From Verrucomicrobiales bacterium (GTDB taxonomy: Bacteria > Verrucomicrobiota > Verrucomicrobiia > Verrucomicrobiales > SLCJ01), in assembly GCA_046075565.1 (NCBI GenBank), contig JBJTQJ010000031.1, positions 29,493-93,492 on the forward strand: DNA of 64,000 nt, read 5' to 3'. The position numbers and the translations under genes were made by a program. The notes below the pieces were generated by a model. It saw nothing but the letters and a program-made list of their open reading frames with translations. It made no database searches and had not been told where the DNA came from. Below, piece after piece: positions 1-10,233 of this stretch (position 1 is its first letter; each line of letters starts with the position of its first letter).

Positions 1-63
1 AGGGGCAGCGCTCCGACAATCACGAGGAATTCAAAGACAACCATCCAGTTCATGGGGGATAGG

Positions 64-1677
64 TTATTGCACGGGTGCCATGAGGCGGGAGGCGCGGATG
101 GCGAAGCGCGACCAGAAACCTCGGCTCTGCACTTCCTCCGCCCGCACAAGGCGCGAATCACTGAGATCCTTTTCCAGCATTTTCCGCACCTGATCGGTGA
201 ATCCCCGGTCGTGGATGGCGATGGTGATTTCGAAGTTCAGGCGGAAGGAGCGGTTGTCAAAATTCGCCGTGCCGATGGTGCAGCCCTCGTCGTCGATGAG
301 CATGACCTTCTGGTGCATGAAGCCTTTCTGGTGGCGGTAGAATTTGATGCCGACACGTTCCAATTCCTCCACATAAGACCAACCGGAAAGTTCCACCATT
401 TTGTTATCCGATTTGTCCGGCACGATCACCCGCACATCCACGCCTCGCAGGGCGGCCAGTTGCAGCGCGCTGATGAATTGCTCGTCGGGCACGAAATACG
501 GGCTGGAGATCCAGAGCCGGGTCTTGGCCGAAGCAATGGCGTGCAAATTGAAGAGGGTGCAGGTCTCGAGGGGATCATCCGGCCCTGAAGGCAGGCACAT
601 GATGTCCATCGAAGCGCCGCTGGCGGCAGGTTTGGGATCAAAATTGAGGTCCGGCATGGTGCCGGTCGCCCAATTCCAGTCTTCCGCGAAAGCGATTTGC
701 ACGCTATCGACCACCGGGCCCTCGAGTTTCACATGGGTGTCGCGCCAGGCCCCGACTTTGGGATCCTTGCCAAGGTATTCGTCGCCGACATTGTGGCCGC
801 CAACCCATGCGACCAGGCCATCGACGACCACGATCTTGCGATGGTTGCGGAAGTTGAGTTGGAACCGGTTGGTCGATCCCTTCGTGCTATTGAATGGCAC
901 AATCTCTGCCCCGCAAGCCTTGAAATCCGGACCCCAGACTTTGGCGATGTTGCCACTCCCGATCTCATCGTAAAGCACGCGCACTTTGATTCCTTCCCTC
1001 GCGCGAGCGAGCAGACGATCTTTCAATTGTTTCCCGATGTCGTCGTCGTGCAGGATGTAGAACTGAACGAGCACGTATTCCTTGGCTTGATCGATGCCTT
1101 CGAAAATCGATCGGAAGGTGGCTTCCCCATCGATGAGCAACTCCGCGTCGTTTTTGGTGGTGAATGGGAGCTTGGCCAGTTTTTCGACGAGCAGCGCTCG
1201 ATCACGAGCTGGTTGGGCTATCAGTTCGCGCTCGACCAGCTTGCGCATGTATTCCTCGGAGCGTCCCGCAACCTTGGCTCGCTCGGTGCGGCGGGCCGAG
1301 ACATATCCCTCGAATTTGCTGCGCCCGAAGCCCCAATAGGCGGGCACGGAGACGACTGGAAAAGTATTGAGCGAAATCGCCCAAGCGATGGCACCCTGGG
1401 CAGTGCGCGTTTCCATGATGGCCCGCACGGAGGTCAACGCTCCCGGGATATGGGCCAGGATAAAGAAGAGCGACATAACCATACGTTTGTGACGAGCCGT
1501 CCAGGCCGCCAGCCGGCCAATGATGGGAACTCGGAGGATAAAACCAGTAAAACGGCGGGGAATCGCGAGCGGATTCACAGGCGGATAAGTCTGTTTTAGA
1601 GTGGAATCACTAGTCGAAGCACGGGTCCATGGCAAGCGGCCTCTCTGCCACGAACGATTCCGGCCTAAAGAGACCAT
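64..1677 (-). CDS. cls: Cardiolipin synthase (phospholipase D family); true start may be ~1482
   Basis: Two HKD motifs (NHRKIVVVDG, MHQKVMLIDD), N-terminal membrane segments, SPYFVPD and GTANFDNRSFRLNFE motifs. Confidence 0.93.
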   Translation of the reverse strand: MVSLGRNRSWQRGRLPWTRASTSDSTLKQTYPPVNPLAIPRRFTGFILRVPIIGRLAAWTARHKRMVMSLFFILAHIPGALTSVRAIMETRTAQGAIAWAISLNTFPVVSVPAYWGFGRSKFEGYVSARRTERAKVAGRSEEYMRKLVERELIAQPARDRALLVEKLAKLPFTTKNDAELLIDGEATFRSIFEGIDQAKEYVLVQFYILHDDDIGKQLKDRLLARAREGIKVRVLYDEIGSGNIAKVWGPDFKACGAEIVPFNSTKGSTNRFQLNFRNHRKIVVVDGLVAWVGGHNVGDEYLGKDPKVGAWRDTHVKLEGPVVDSVQIAFAEDWNWATGTMPDLNFDPKPAASGASMDIMCLPSGPDDPLETCTLFNLHAIASAKTRLWISSPYFVPDEQFISALQLAALRGVDVRVIVPDKSDNKMVELSGWSYVEELERVGIKFYRHQKGFMHQKVMLIDDEGCTIGTANFDNRSFRLNFEITIAIHDRGFTDQVRKMLEKDLSDSRLVRAEEVQSRGFWSRFAIRASRLMAPVQ

Positions 1678-1807
1678 GTGAAAAAGCCGACTATCGCGTT
1701 CCCGTGCGATTTTTGAGTCCGGATTGCGCTGGCAGACGAATTATTTCCACGACCGGATAATTTTTAAACCTCCCATGTTCGGTCTTCATCAAAACCACCC
1801 CCCAACC

Positions 1808-3085
1808 ATGATAACTCCGAACATCATCAACTCCCAACGGGCTGTTGCCTTCGCCGCCTTCATCTTGGCGAGCGCATCCGTTTCAGCCAAAGAAATAAAG
1901 CTGGCCTCCTTCGAATCCAAAGATGCCCTGGAGTCATGGACCACGGTCAATGACAGCGTCATGGGTGGCGCCTCGAAAGGCGGGGCCCGACTCACCGAAG
2001 ACGGGACACTCAAGTTCTCGGGAAACCTTTCCTTGGACAACAACGGCGGATTCTCCTCGATTCGCACCAAGCCCAATCCGATGGATTTGTCGGAGACCAA
2101 CTCCATCCTCGTCAAGTCATGCGGCGACGGTCGGACCTATTGGGTTGACCTCCGTGTTGAGGGTCAAATGGGAGGAAGTTCTTACCGCGCGGCCTTGCCA
2201 ACCACCGCGGGTGAATGGAAAGAAACCCGTCTTCCCATGTCAAGTTTCAAACCCCAAGCTTTCGGCCAAGATCTGGCTTTCAAGCCCATCAATCCCTCCT
2301 CCGTCGCCTCGGTTGGCTTCACTCTTTCCGATAAGAAAGAAGGACCCTTCGCCCTTGAAGTCGAATATGTGAAGGCGGTGGCCAGCGAAGCTTCCGGCAA
2401 AAAGAAAGGCAACACCATCGTCGATGTGGCCGCCGCCGCGGGGGGATTCAAGACCCTGCTCGCCGCTGCGACCGCTGCTGACTTGGCCGGCGCTCTCTCG
2501 GGAGAAGGACCATTCACCGTTTTGGCTCCCACGGACGAAGCTTTCGCCAAGCTTCCCAAAGGAACCCTTGAAACCCTGCTCAAACCCGAAAACCGCAAGC
2601 AACTTGCGGACATTCTGAAGAACCACGTGATTCCGGCGAAGGTGACATTGGCCAAAGCCCTTGAATTGCGCGAAGGCCCGACATTGCTTGAAACCAAGAT
2701 TCCCTTCTCGTTCGAGGACGGACGAGTGCTCGTCGGCGCTTCCACCCTTTTGAAGGCGGATATCGAAGCCTCGAACGGTATCATTCATGTCATTGACCAG
2801 GTGCTTATCCCAGCGCCATCCTCAACCCAACCCCTTGGAGCGGCTGAGCTGATTGAAATGGCCATTGACCGCGGGGTGCCGATGTTCAATCACGGTGATG
2901 CCGCAGCCTGCGCCGCCGTTTATGAAGTGACCGCCGAAGCCCTGCGTAGCATGGATACCGTCTCGCAGGAAGCACGCGAGAAGATCGGCCAAGCGCTGAA
3001 AAAAGCGCGTGCCGAAAAATCCTCCCGCGAGCAAGCTTGGATTCTGCGTGACGCTCTCGACAGCGCTTACAAGAGCCTGCAGTAA
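1808..3085 (+). CDS. Secreted CIA30-like plus fasciclin (FAS1) domain protein with a C-terminal helical domain
   Basis: Signal peptide; WTTVNDSVMGG..S and NNGGFSSIR (CIA30); GPFTVLAPTDEAFAKL and ASNGIIHVIDQVLIP (FAS1). Confidence 0.85.
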   Translation: MITPNIINSQRAVAFAAFILASASVSAKEIKLASFESKDALESWTTVNDSVMGGASKGGARLTEDGTLKFSGNLSLDNNGGFSSIRTKPNPMDLSETNSILVKSCGDGRTYWVDLRVEGQMGGSSYRAALPTTAGEWKETRLPMSSFKPQAFGQDLAFKPINPSSVASVGFTLSDKKEGPFALEVEYVKAVASEASGKKKGNTIVDVAAAAGGFKTLLAAATAADLAGALSGEGPFTVLAPTDEAFAKLPKGTLETLLKPENRKQLADILKNHVIPAKVTLAKALELREGPTLLETKIPFSFEDGRVLVGASTLLKADIEASNGIIHVIDQVLIPAPSSTQPLGAAELIEMAIDRGVPMFNHGDAAACAAVYEVTAEALRSMDTVSQEAREKIGQALKKARAEKSSREQAWILRDALDSAYKSLQ

Positions 3086-3168
3086 TTTCCTCCAATCGAA
3101 GCATTCTTAGTCACGGTTTGCCTGAGCCGCCTGCCCCCCGGCGCTCTTGCGAACCGTGACTTTGCTTT

Positions 3169-5505
3169 TCACGGCTTCTCGAAAACCCTCACCGCATAAA
3201 TCTGCGCGCGGGTAATACCGTTGGTTTGTAGGACTTCGACTCGCACGCGTTTCACCATTTCGAGATCGGCGGCGTGATGGCGGTTGCGCAAATGGTTGTC
3301 GCGGACGTCGGCGATGATCGTTGAGGAACGATCGTCATGTCCTGCGATCACTCGGTAATCTCTGATGATCGAAGGAATCGCGTTCATCGGATATCCTTGC
3401 CAGCTTTGCGAGAAGTGGAAGTGCAAAGAGGAATCGAGGATGACCTGGACCCCGGAGATGGAACGTGCATTCTCCCAGGCCAATTCAAGCCATTCCGGAG
3501 AATTGAAATCGGTGGCCGCCGACACCCAGAGGTTGGGCAGATTGGTGGGCCGCGACCATCCATTCACCGCCATTGCCGACGAGTATAGTTCCTGGGCCGG
3601 GCTGGTGACACTGCAATAGGCGAAGTTGAGGAAGCCGCTCTGCGCCGTAAAGTGCCGGGCGTGATCATTCCAGTCCGGAGCGAGAACGGCGGCCCCATCC
3701 GCGTCCACGGCCCGTTTCATTCCAATGGTCAGGGCGCGTGAAGTCCATTTGGTGAAAGGATTCGGGCGGATGGGGTCTTCCGGGCGCGGGTAATACCAGC
3801 GTTTGCCCGGAGGTGTCTCCGTCATGTGGATGGCGATATCCGGGTTCTTTCCGAGAATGAGGAAGTGCCAACCGGGCCGAGTTATTGCTACTCCCAAGGG
3901 CAATTCAAGCCATTGCGATTTGCCCCGCCGGATCGAAATCCTGGCTTCGGCGAGTTTTTCCTCCGGGAAGGTTGAATGGTTGGCTGGCCCTTGGTGAAAA
4001 CGAAAAGCCAGTTCGGTGTCTTGCTTGGCATCGATCAAAAGGGAAATGCTTTCCAAGCGCTCGCTGGCGACGGGCAATTGGAGCAATCGTTCATTCGACA
4101 ATCGGTCCAAACCCCAGCTTTCACATGCACGAGTTTCTTGGAAGACACTCGAGGCAGAGGCCATCGCTTGCGGGGCGATGTCGTTGGTGACCGCGAGATC
4201 GAGCGCGTGGATATGGTGATCCGCCAGAAGCAGATCGCTTTGCACGGCCCGCAGTGGCGAACCCTGCGCCAGCGCGCGGGGATCGAGTTTGTTTTTCACC
4301 GCATGACTGGCCGCCATGCCGACGGCTTCTCCAAGCTGCGCGCAAGTGAGCATCACCCGCGTGCTTGATAGCGCATAGTGGGTCGCGCTGATGTTGCGTC
4401 CGGCGAAGAAAAGATTGGCTACGCGGCGGGAGTAGAGAGATCGCAACGGCACGTTGTGTGGGCCCCGCAGATACTGGTGGGTGCTGGGATTCACCTTGTC
4501 GTGGAATCCTCCCGGCGGATGGTGATCAAAGCCCCATCCCCCGAAGGCCACGGCGTCGTCGAAGTGGGCTTGCTCGTCGATCTCGTTCATTGTCAGAACA
4601 TGGTCGCCTTCGAAGCGCCGGGACTCCCGTTTGCCCGGGACCGCTCCCATCCAATCCAACTCATAAGTGATCAGTCTCTCGGAAAGTCGCGAGCGGTTCT
4701 TCAAAAAGTCCCAGACCGCGAGGGTGATGCGCTGGACCTCGTCCTTGATCTTTCGTGTTTCGTGCACGGTATCGAGAGCGCCGCCCCATTCGAGCCACCA
4801 GAAGCCGCCTGTGTCGGGAAAGAAATGTTCGCAGACAGGACGATAAGGGCCGAAATCGTCCTCGCCCAATTTCATGCCAACCCACGGCGGTAGAACAAAT
4901 GGCACCGGACGTCCGGCATCCCGCGCGTGCATGTGGAGGCTGCAGCCCATGGTGTCGCCATTGGGTTCGTCCGGGCACATCGGCTCGTTGAATTCGGATC
5001 GGGCTTCCACTCCCATGCGGAAAGGTGCGCCGGCCAGTGAACCGACAACCCCGTCACCGGAACAATCGGCGTAGTAAGGAGCTTGGAATTCATGCCAGGT
5101 TTCCTCCATCGAACAATAGGCGGTCACGCTGGACACCCGATCGCCTTCATCGTTCGTGGCGACCTTGCACACGGCGCAGTTGAGGAAAAGCTCCAGATGC
5201 GGCTCGTTGCGGGCGAGTGATTCCATCTCCAGATTCCATCCTTCGGGCGAACAGGTCGGGTTGCGCAGGAGATTGTTCAGGAACAACTCCTCGATAAGAC
5301 CGGTCTCCCGCGAGAAGACGAAATTGCATTGGGTCGCTCCGACCGGAGGCACACGGATCTCGGTGCTGGCATTGCCGCCGAGCACGGGACGGTCTTGGAC
5401 GAGGGCGGTGCGGATGCCCTGACGCGCGGCAGTAATGGCGGCGCAGAGGCCGGAGAGTCCGCCGCCGATGACAACAAAATCGTAGGGATGAAGGATCGTT
5501 TTCAA
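3169..5505 (-). CDS. FAD-dependent oxidoreductase with C-terminal beta-sandwich domains
   Basis: DFVVIGGGLSGLCAAITAAR Rossmann motif, LGGNASTE, DCSGDG, GKRESRRFEGDHVLT, SSTRVMLTC. Confidence 0.85.
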   Translation of the reverse strand: MKTILHPYDFVVIGGGLSGLCAAITAARQGIRTALVQDRPVLGGNASTEIRVPPVGATQCNFVFSRETGLIEELFLNNLLRNPTCSPEGWNLEMESLARNEPHLELFLNCAVCKVATNDEGDRVSSVTAYCSMEETWHEFQAPYYADCSGDGVVGSLAGAPFRMGVEARSEFNEPMCPDEPNGDTMGCSLHMHARDAGRPVPFVLPPWVGMKLGEDDFGPYRPVCEHFFPDTGGFWWLEWGGALDTVHETRKIKDEVQRITLAVWDFLKNRSRLSERLITYELDWMGAVPGKRESRRFEGDHVLTMNEIDEQAHFDDAVAFGGWGFDHHPPGGFHDKVNPSTHQYLRGPHNVPLRSLYSRRVANLFFAGRNISATHYALSSTRVMLTCAQLGEAVGMAASHAVKNKLDPRALAQGSPLRAVQSDLLLADHHIHALDLAVTNDIAPQAMASASSVFQETRACESWGLDRLSNERLLQLPVASERLESISLLIDAKQDTELAFRFHQGPANHSTFPEEKLAEARISIRRGKSQWLELPLGVAITRPGWHFLILGKNPDIAIHMTETPPGKRWYYPRPEDPIRPNPFTKWTSRALTIGMKRAVDADGAAVLAPDWNDHARHFTAQSGFLNFAYCSVTSPAQELYSSAMAVNGWSRPTNLPNLWVSAATDFNSPEWLELAWENARSISGVQVILDSSLHFHFSQSWQGYPMNAIPSIIRDYRVIAGHDDRSSTIIADVRDNHLRNRHHAADLEMVKRVRVEVLQTNGITRAQIYAVRVFEKP

Positions 5506-6989
5506 GGCTTTTCTTGTTCAGGAATTTTCGGGGCACCCGCGATGAGGATGACGAGAAGGAAGACAAGGCAGGTGATGGGATAAATCCAGAGTTCGTCCAG
5601 CTTCATGATGCCCTGGGCATTGAGGAAAAGAATAACAAGCGCCGTCGCGATGGCCGCCACGGTGGCGGGGAGGAGCACCGCGAATTTGCCTCGCCGGGCG
5701 AGTGCAAAAAGCGCGATCATCAGGAGTGGCCCGTAGGTCAGCACCGGAAGTTTGTAAGCCAGAACCAACAATCCGCCGCCTTTCGATAAACTACCCGCGA
5801 CGTAAGCGAGAAGACTCAGCACCACCCCCCAGCCGATAACCGAGAATTTCGACAGACGCAGGCACTGGCTTTCGCTGGCATCCGGGCGGATCCATTTGCG
5901 ATAGATACCATTCACGGTCGTTTCGGAGAGCGCCGCGAGGGCGGAATCGAGGGTCGAGATGCCCGCCGCAAAGATGGCTGCGATGATCAATCCGCTCAGG
6001 CCGACCGGGAGCGCATGGATGATAAAGTAGGGGTAGACGGCATCCTTGTTTTCAGCGACAAAGGCCGCGGCCCCGCCGTCGAGAGGGAAATGCTGGTAAT
6101 AGAGCCACAAGCCGAGCCCGAGCGCTGCCGTGAGGAGGGAAAAGAAAACAATCCCCAGTGAGCCGAGCACCGCCTTGCGCGCTTCATTCGCATTCCGGCA
6201 GCAGATCATGCGCTGCGTAACCACCTGATCGACGGAATTCTGGGCCAGTTCGAAAATGGCAAAACAAAACAGGCCGGTCCAGAGGGTCCACGTCTTCGCC
6301 GGGTCGAGCGAGACGTCGATCAGTTTCATCTTCGCGGCTTGGTCGAGTTCGGTGATGGCTTTGGAGATCCCGATGGGCAAGCCACCGAGAATGGTCACCA
6401 CCGAGATGATTGCGCCCGCCAACATGAGCGCGAACATGATGAAGTCGGTCCAAATCACCGTCGTGATGCCACCCATCAAGGTCCAGACAATGGCGAACAA
6501 TCCGATGATGAAAACCGATTGGCTGATCGGCATGTTCACCACCACGCTGAGAACGAGGGCCACCGCGAGCAGTCGCAGGCCATGGCCGAGGATGGCGCTC
6601 ACCAGAAAGAGACCTCGGGAAAGATCTGCTGCTTTGGCCCCGAGGCGGTTCTCGATGAAATCATAAGGGCTGTAGATCTTCCGTTCGTAAAATGGTTTTA
6701 CGAAAAGCAGGACCATGAGGAGTTTCGCCAAGACGAATCCGAAAAGCGTGCCCTGAAGGTAGAGGAGGTTTCCTCCCGGACGGAAAATCGCCCCCGGCAC
6801 CGCGATGATGGTCACCGCGCTGATCTGCGTGGCCATAATCGATCCCGACACGGCCCACCACGGCAGGCTGCGTCCTCCGAGGAAGAAGTCGTCCATGCCG
6901 CTTTGTTTGCCTTTGAGCAGATGGCCGAGGAACGTCGTCCCCACCGCGAAGAAGGCCAAAACGGCCCAATTGATCCAACCGAAGTTCAT
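5502..6989 (-). CDS. Sodium:solute symporter (SSS family)
   Basis: DFFLGGRSLPWW, DQVVTQR and ISTLDSAL motifs; many TM helices; stop overlaps the oxidoreductase start. Confidence 0.9.
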   Translation of the reverse strand: MNFGWINWAVLAFFAVGTTFLGHLLKGKQSGMDDFFLGGRSLPWWAVSGSIMATQISAVTIIAVPGAIFRPGGNLLYLQGTLFGFVLAKLLMVLLFVKPFYERKIYSPYDFIENRLGAKAADLSRGLFLVSAILGHGLRLLAVALVLSVVVNMPISQSVFIIGLFAIVWTLMGGITTVIWTDFIMFALMLAGAIISVVTILGGLPIGISKAITELDQAAKMKLIDVSLDPAKTWTLWTGLFCFAIFELAQNSVDQVVTQRMICCRNANEARKAVLGSLGIVFFSLLTAALGLGLWLYYQHFPLDGGAAAFVAENKDAVYPYFIIHALPVGLSGLIIAAIFAAGISTLDSALAALSETTVNGIYRKWIRPDASESQCLRLSKFSVIGWGVVLSLLAYVAGSLSKGGGLLVLAYKLPVLTYGPLLMIALFALARRGKFAVLLPATVAAIATALVILFLNAQGIMKLDELWIYPITCLVFLLVILIAGAPKIPEQEKP

Positions 6990-7037
6990 GGTGCGGGTGT
7001 TAGGAGGTTGCGGGGGATGGGAGGAATGGCCATTGGG

Positions 7038-7100
7038 AAAATACCCAAACGGACCGGGAATGGTCAATGCGAACTTGCGTATTTAATTTACGCATTTGCG
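7038..7100 (-). promoter_or_regulatory. Putative sigma70 promoter of the symporter operon with an adjacent AraC/XylR-type operator
   Basis: Minus strand TTGACC-N18-TATTTT, preceded by direct repeats CGCAAATGCGTA / CGCAAGTTCGCA with a 21-nt period. Confidence 0.5.
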
Positions 7101-7115
7101 GCAGCCGGGGCGGGT

Positions 7116-8315
7116 TTACGTTCCGAGGCGGGAATTCCGGCGATATCGCGCGGGAGTGCTGCCGAAGTGTTTCCGAAAGATGGGAATCATGTGCTCCACG
7201 TAGTTGAATCCGCATGCGGCGGCGACATCCGGGATGGGAATGTCGGTGGTGTCGAGCAGGGTCCGGGCTTTTTCGATTTTCGTGCGGCGGATCTCATCGG
7301 CGGGGCTGCGCCCGATGATCTCCTTGAATCGACGCTCCAGGCTGCGACGGGCCATGGGGACGGCTTTGAGGATGGACTTCACATTGATGCCCTCATGGGC
7401 ATGGTCGCGGATGAATCGCATGGCCTGCTGTATGGCAACATCTTCACAAGCCACGATGTCAGTGGATTGGCGGGTGGTCACACCCAAGGGAGGAAGCCGG
7501 GTTTCTTTTTCAGCAAGCGGCTCACCGCGCAGGAGCCGATCGAGTTGGGCAGCCGCATGGTAACCGATCTGCCGCACCGGAATATCCACTCCGCTCAGAG
7601 GTGGATGGATCACGCGGCCCAGCAGGTCCTCGGTCTCGAGACTGATGATCGAGATATCTTCGGGGACACGCAGGCCGCCCTCCGCACAAGCCATGGCAAG
7701 ATGGCGGCAGAGACCGGTCGCCCACCCGATGACACCGGCGGGTTGGGGAAGAGATGCCAACCAGCGCTGGCGATCCTTCTGATGTTCTTCCTGCCCGGAT
7801 GTGGGGCCGATTTTTTTCGAAGGAACGTAGAGCACCGGCTCCATATCCATTTCCACCATCACCTTGCGGAAAGCGTCCGACCAGAAATCAATGAACGGAC
7901 GGTGTGGTTCACCGCAGAACGCCAGAACCCGCAGGCCCTTTTCCAACAGATGTTCCACCGCCATACGGACGACGGCTTCCGCATCACTGGTCACGCGGGG
8001 AAAATGGTCACTCACCCGGCGTGAGCCGGATACATTCACCACCGGAATCCCGAGGACCTTGATCTTGCGCGCGAGTTGCCGGGTCTGAATGGCCGCGATC
8101 ATGCCATCACCCGACCAACCCGGTGGAAGGTCGGTTGTTTCATCCGCTCCGCTCGGATTCATTTCCAAAAGCCATGGTCCGTGCTGCTGGGCATACTGCC
8201 AGATCCCCTCGATGATCCCTCTGCCATACTCGCTCCACGTGCCAACGAGCAGACCGATCCGAGGATGGGTTGGTCGCTTGTGGGTGGGATTCTTTTTTCT
8301 ACCGAATGCGGTCAT
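7116..8315 (-). CDS. XylR-family transcriptional regulator (LacI-type ligand-binding domain plus AraC HTH)
   Basis: YGRGIIEGI, PPLSGV, TTRQSTD, RRSLERRF and VAAACGF..FRKHFGSTPARYR motifs. Confidence 0.9.
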   Translation of the reverse strand: MTAFGRKKNPTHKRPTHPRIGLLVGTWSEYGRGIIEGIWQYAQQHGPWLLEMNPSGADETTDLPPGWSGDGMIAAIQTRQLARKIKVLGIPVVNVSGSRRVSDHFPRVTSDAEAVVRMAVEHLLEKGLRVLAFCGEPHRPFIDFWSDAFRKVMVEMDMEPVLYVPSKKIGPTSGQEEHQKDRQRWLASLPQPAGVIGWATGLCRHLAMACAEGGLRVPEDISIISLETEDLLGRVIHPPLSGVDIPVRQIGYHAAAQLDRLLRGEPLAEKETRLPPLGVTTRQSTDIVACEDVAIQQAMRFIRDHAHEGINVKSILKAVPMARRSLERRFKEIIGRSPADEIRRTKIEKARTLLDTTDIPIPDVAAACGFNYVEHMIPIFRKHFGSTPARYRRNSRLGT

Positions 8316-8420
8316 TCAAGGCTGTTTTAGCAGAGGTGGAGAAAGACGCAACAGAATTGCCGGGGAAATCCACATGCGCAACGGAAGAACAACGGGAGCC
8401 GCTGGTTCCAATTCGTGCTT

Positions 8421-9350
8421 TCACCATCCCGCCATCAACCGGATGCGGCTGGCCAGATCTTCCGGAGATTCAAGGTCTCCGGTTTCCACCCGCTGGAATT
8501 CTTCCGCTTTCTTGAACCACGTGCGCTGCCTGCGCGCATACTGCCATGTCAATGTCGCGAGTTCTTCCGCGGCTTGAGTATGCTCGAGAGTCCCTGCCCG
8601 CCATGCGCGTGCGGTGGCCAGACCAAGGGTGGTTGAAGCCGAACGCCCGAGCGGGAGTTTTTCCAAAGCATCAATCTCCCGCGATAGCTCCGGACCGAAC
8701 ATGCGAGCGCTTCGTTCGCGTATCCGGGTTTTGAGGCTCTCGGTTTCAGGCCAAAGGCTAAAGCTTGGCGGACCATCGCGCCGACTTCCCTGGCCGCGTC
8801 GCAAAGAAGAAGCCGGTTGACCGCTGAGCAAGCAAATCTCCAGCGCGCGGGTGACCCGGCGCGGGTTCATGCGATCAATCCGTTCCCATTCCTCCGGATC
8901 CAACCGCTGAAGTTCATCCAACTGACTCTCCAGGCTCATAGCTTCAAGCCGCGCGCGCAGCTCGGCATCCGGAGCTGGCAATCCACTATCAAGTCCGCCG
9001 CTAAAGGCACGCAGATAAAGTCCGGAGCCGGAAACGAGAATTACTTTTTTCCCGCGCTGGCAGATTTCCGCAACCACGGAGTGAGCCAGAGCTGCGAAGC
9101 CGGCGGCGTCCCGCTCCATGTTCGTTTCGAGGAATCCGTAAAGATGGTGTGGTGCCATGGCCAATTCGGTTTCACTCGGTTGCGCGGTCAGGATCTTCAT
9201 GCCCGCGAAAGCCTGATAGGGATCGAGGTTGACCACCTCGGCATCGCAGGCGCGTGCGAGTGCGGCGGCCACGGCTGACTTTCCGGACGCGGTTGGCCCG
9301 GCCAGTGCGAGCACACCATCGAATTGCATTTTCTCCGCCATGGGAATCAA
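8421..9350 (-). CDS. miaA: tRNA dimethylallyltransferase
   Basis: GPTASGKS P-loop, PHHL, SGSGLYL, NPRRVTRALE, YARRQRTWF. Confidence 0.93.
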   Translation of the reverse strand: MIPMAEKMQFDGVLALAGPTASGKSAVAAALARACDAEVVNLDPYQAFAGMKILTAQPSETELAMAPHHLYGFLETNMERDAAGFAALAHSVVAEICQRGKKVILVSGSGLYLRAFSGGLDSGLPAPDAELRARLEAMSLESQLDELQRLDPEEWERIDRMNPRRVTRALEICLLSGQPASSLRRGQGSRRDGPPSFSLWPETESLKTRIRERSARMFGPELSREIDALEKLPLGRSASTTLGLATARAWRAGTLEHTQAAEELATLTWQYARRQRTWFKKAEEFQRVETGDLESPEDLASRIRLMAGW

Positions 9351-10027
9351 GGGGCGCCTTCCGCCTTCAGGACGACGTCGTCAAACTCAACCATGTCGTC
9401 GAAGGATCCCACTCCCACCGCACCGGCCTGAAGATCCCCGACCTTACAACTCATCATCGGGGATTCCATGTCATCGACATAACAGCGCAACATGCCACTT
9501 GGTCTATCATACCAGACCCGGATCGTCTGCCAGTCTTTCTTCACGAGTTTCGGCACCGGCTGGGTGAGATGGGGCAGTTGCTCGCGACCATCCGGCTTCA
9601 CGCGCATGATGACATTGTGCACGGTGGAGTTTTCCGCCGAGAAATGGATGTAGGTGTAATCGAGCGGGCCTTTCCATCCGACCAGTAAAAGCAGATCTCG
9701 TCCGGGAGTGGTAAGGGGGGTATGGCAGATGCCGCGGGCGGTGAGGGTGAAGGAGCCCGCGGGTTGGTGGCCACCGCGCACCAGCCAGGAAAGCGGAGCC
9801 CGGAATGGCCCCGGGTTCCCCCGTGTGACGAGTTCCAGGTTGGGATTGGTCGCCGCGGTCATTTCCCAGACACACGTCTCCCTCGGTGTCCATTCGGCCA
9901 GCCCCTTGGCGAAGTTTTCCGTAAAAACGACGGGAAATTCGGGAGCCGCGGCCTTTTCAGCCGGCGGGAGTTCGGGAGCAGCCTTCATGCAGCCAACCAA
10001 CCCAAGGAGAGGGAACAGAAACTTCAT
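9347..10027 (-). CDS. Hypothetical lipoprotein with a ConA/DUF1080-like beta-sandwich
   Basis: Lipobox LVGC after a short signal; C-terminal GAVGVGSFDD..EFDDV. Confidence 0.6.
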   Translation of the reverse strand: MKFLFPLLGLVGCMKAAPELPPAEKAAAPEFPVVFTENFAKGLAEWTPRETCVWEMTAATNPNLELVTRGNPGPFRAPLSWLVRGGHQPAGSFTLTARGICHTPLTTPGRDLLLLVGWKGPLDYTYIHFSAENSTVHNVIMRVKPDGREQLPHLTQPVPKLVKKDWQTIRVWYDRPSGMLRCYVDDMESPMMSCKVGDLQAGAVGVGSFDDMVEFDDVVLKAEGAP

Positions 10028-10084
10028 ATCCCAGCATACGCCGCCCCCCGACCCGATCCAACATCACACGACGAAACGGACGAC

Positions 10085-10120
10085 AAAAAAGGCCGCGCTC
10101 CCGAAGAAGCACGGCCTTTT
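10085..10120 (-). terminator. Rho-independent terminator (possibly bidirectional)
   Basis: Minus strand AAAAGGCCGTGCTTC-TTCG-GGAGCGCGGCC-TTTTTT hairpin plus U tract. Confidence 0.75.
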
Positions 10121-10233
10121 CTGAACAACAACACAAACCTGAAAGAGCAAAAAGGAGAAAACCCCTCACCACATTTGTGAAAAAAGGAAAAAATCCGCGA
10201 AAGCCAAAAAACACTTCGGCTCCCCGAAATAAA

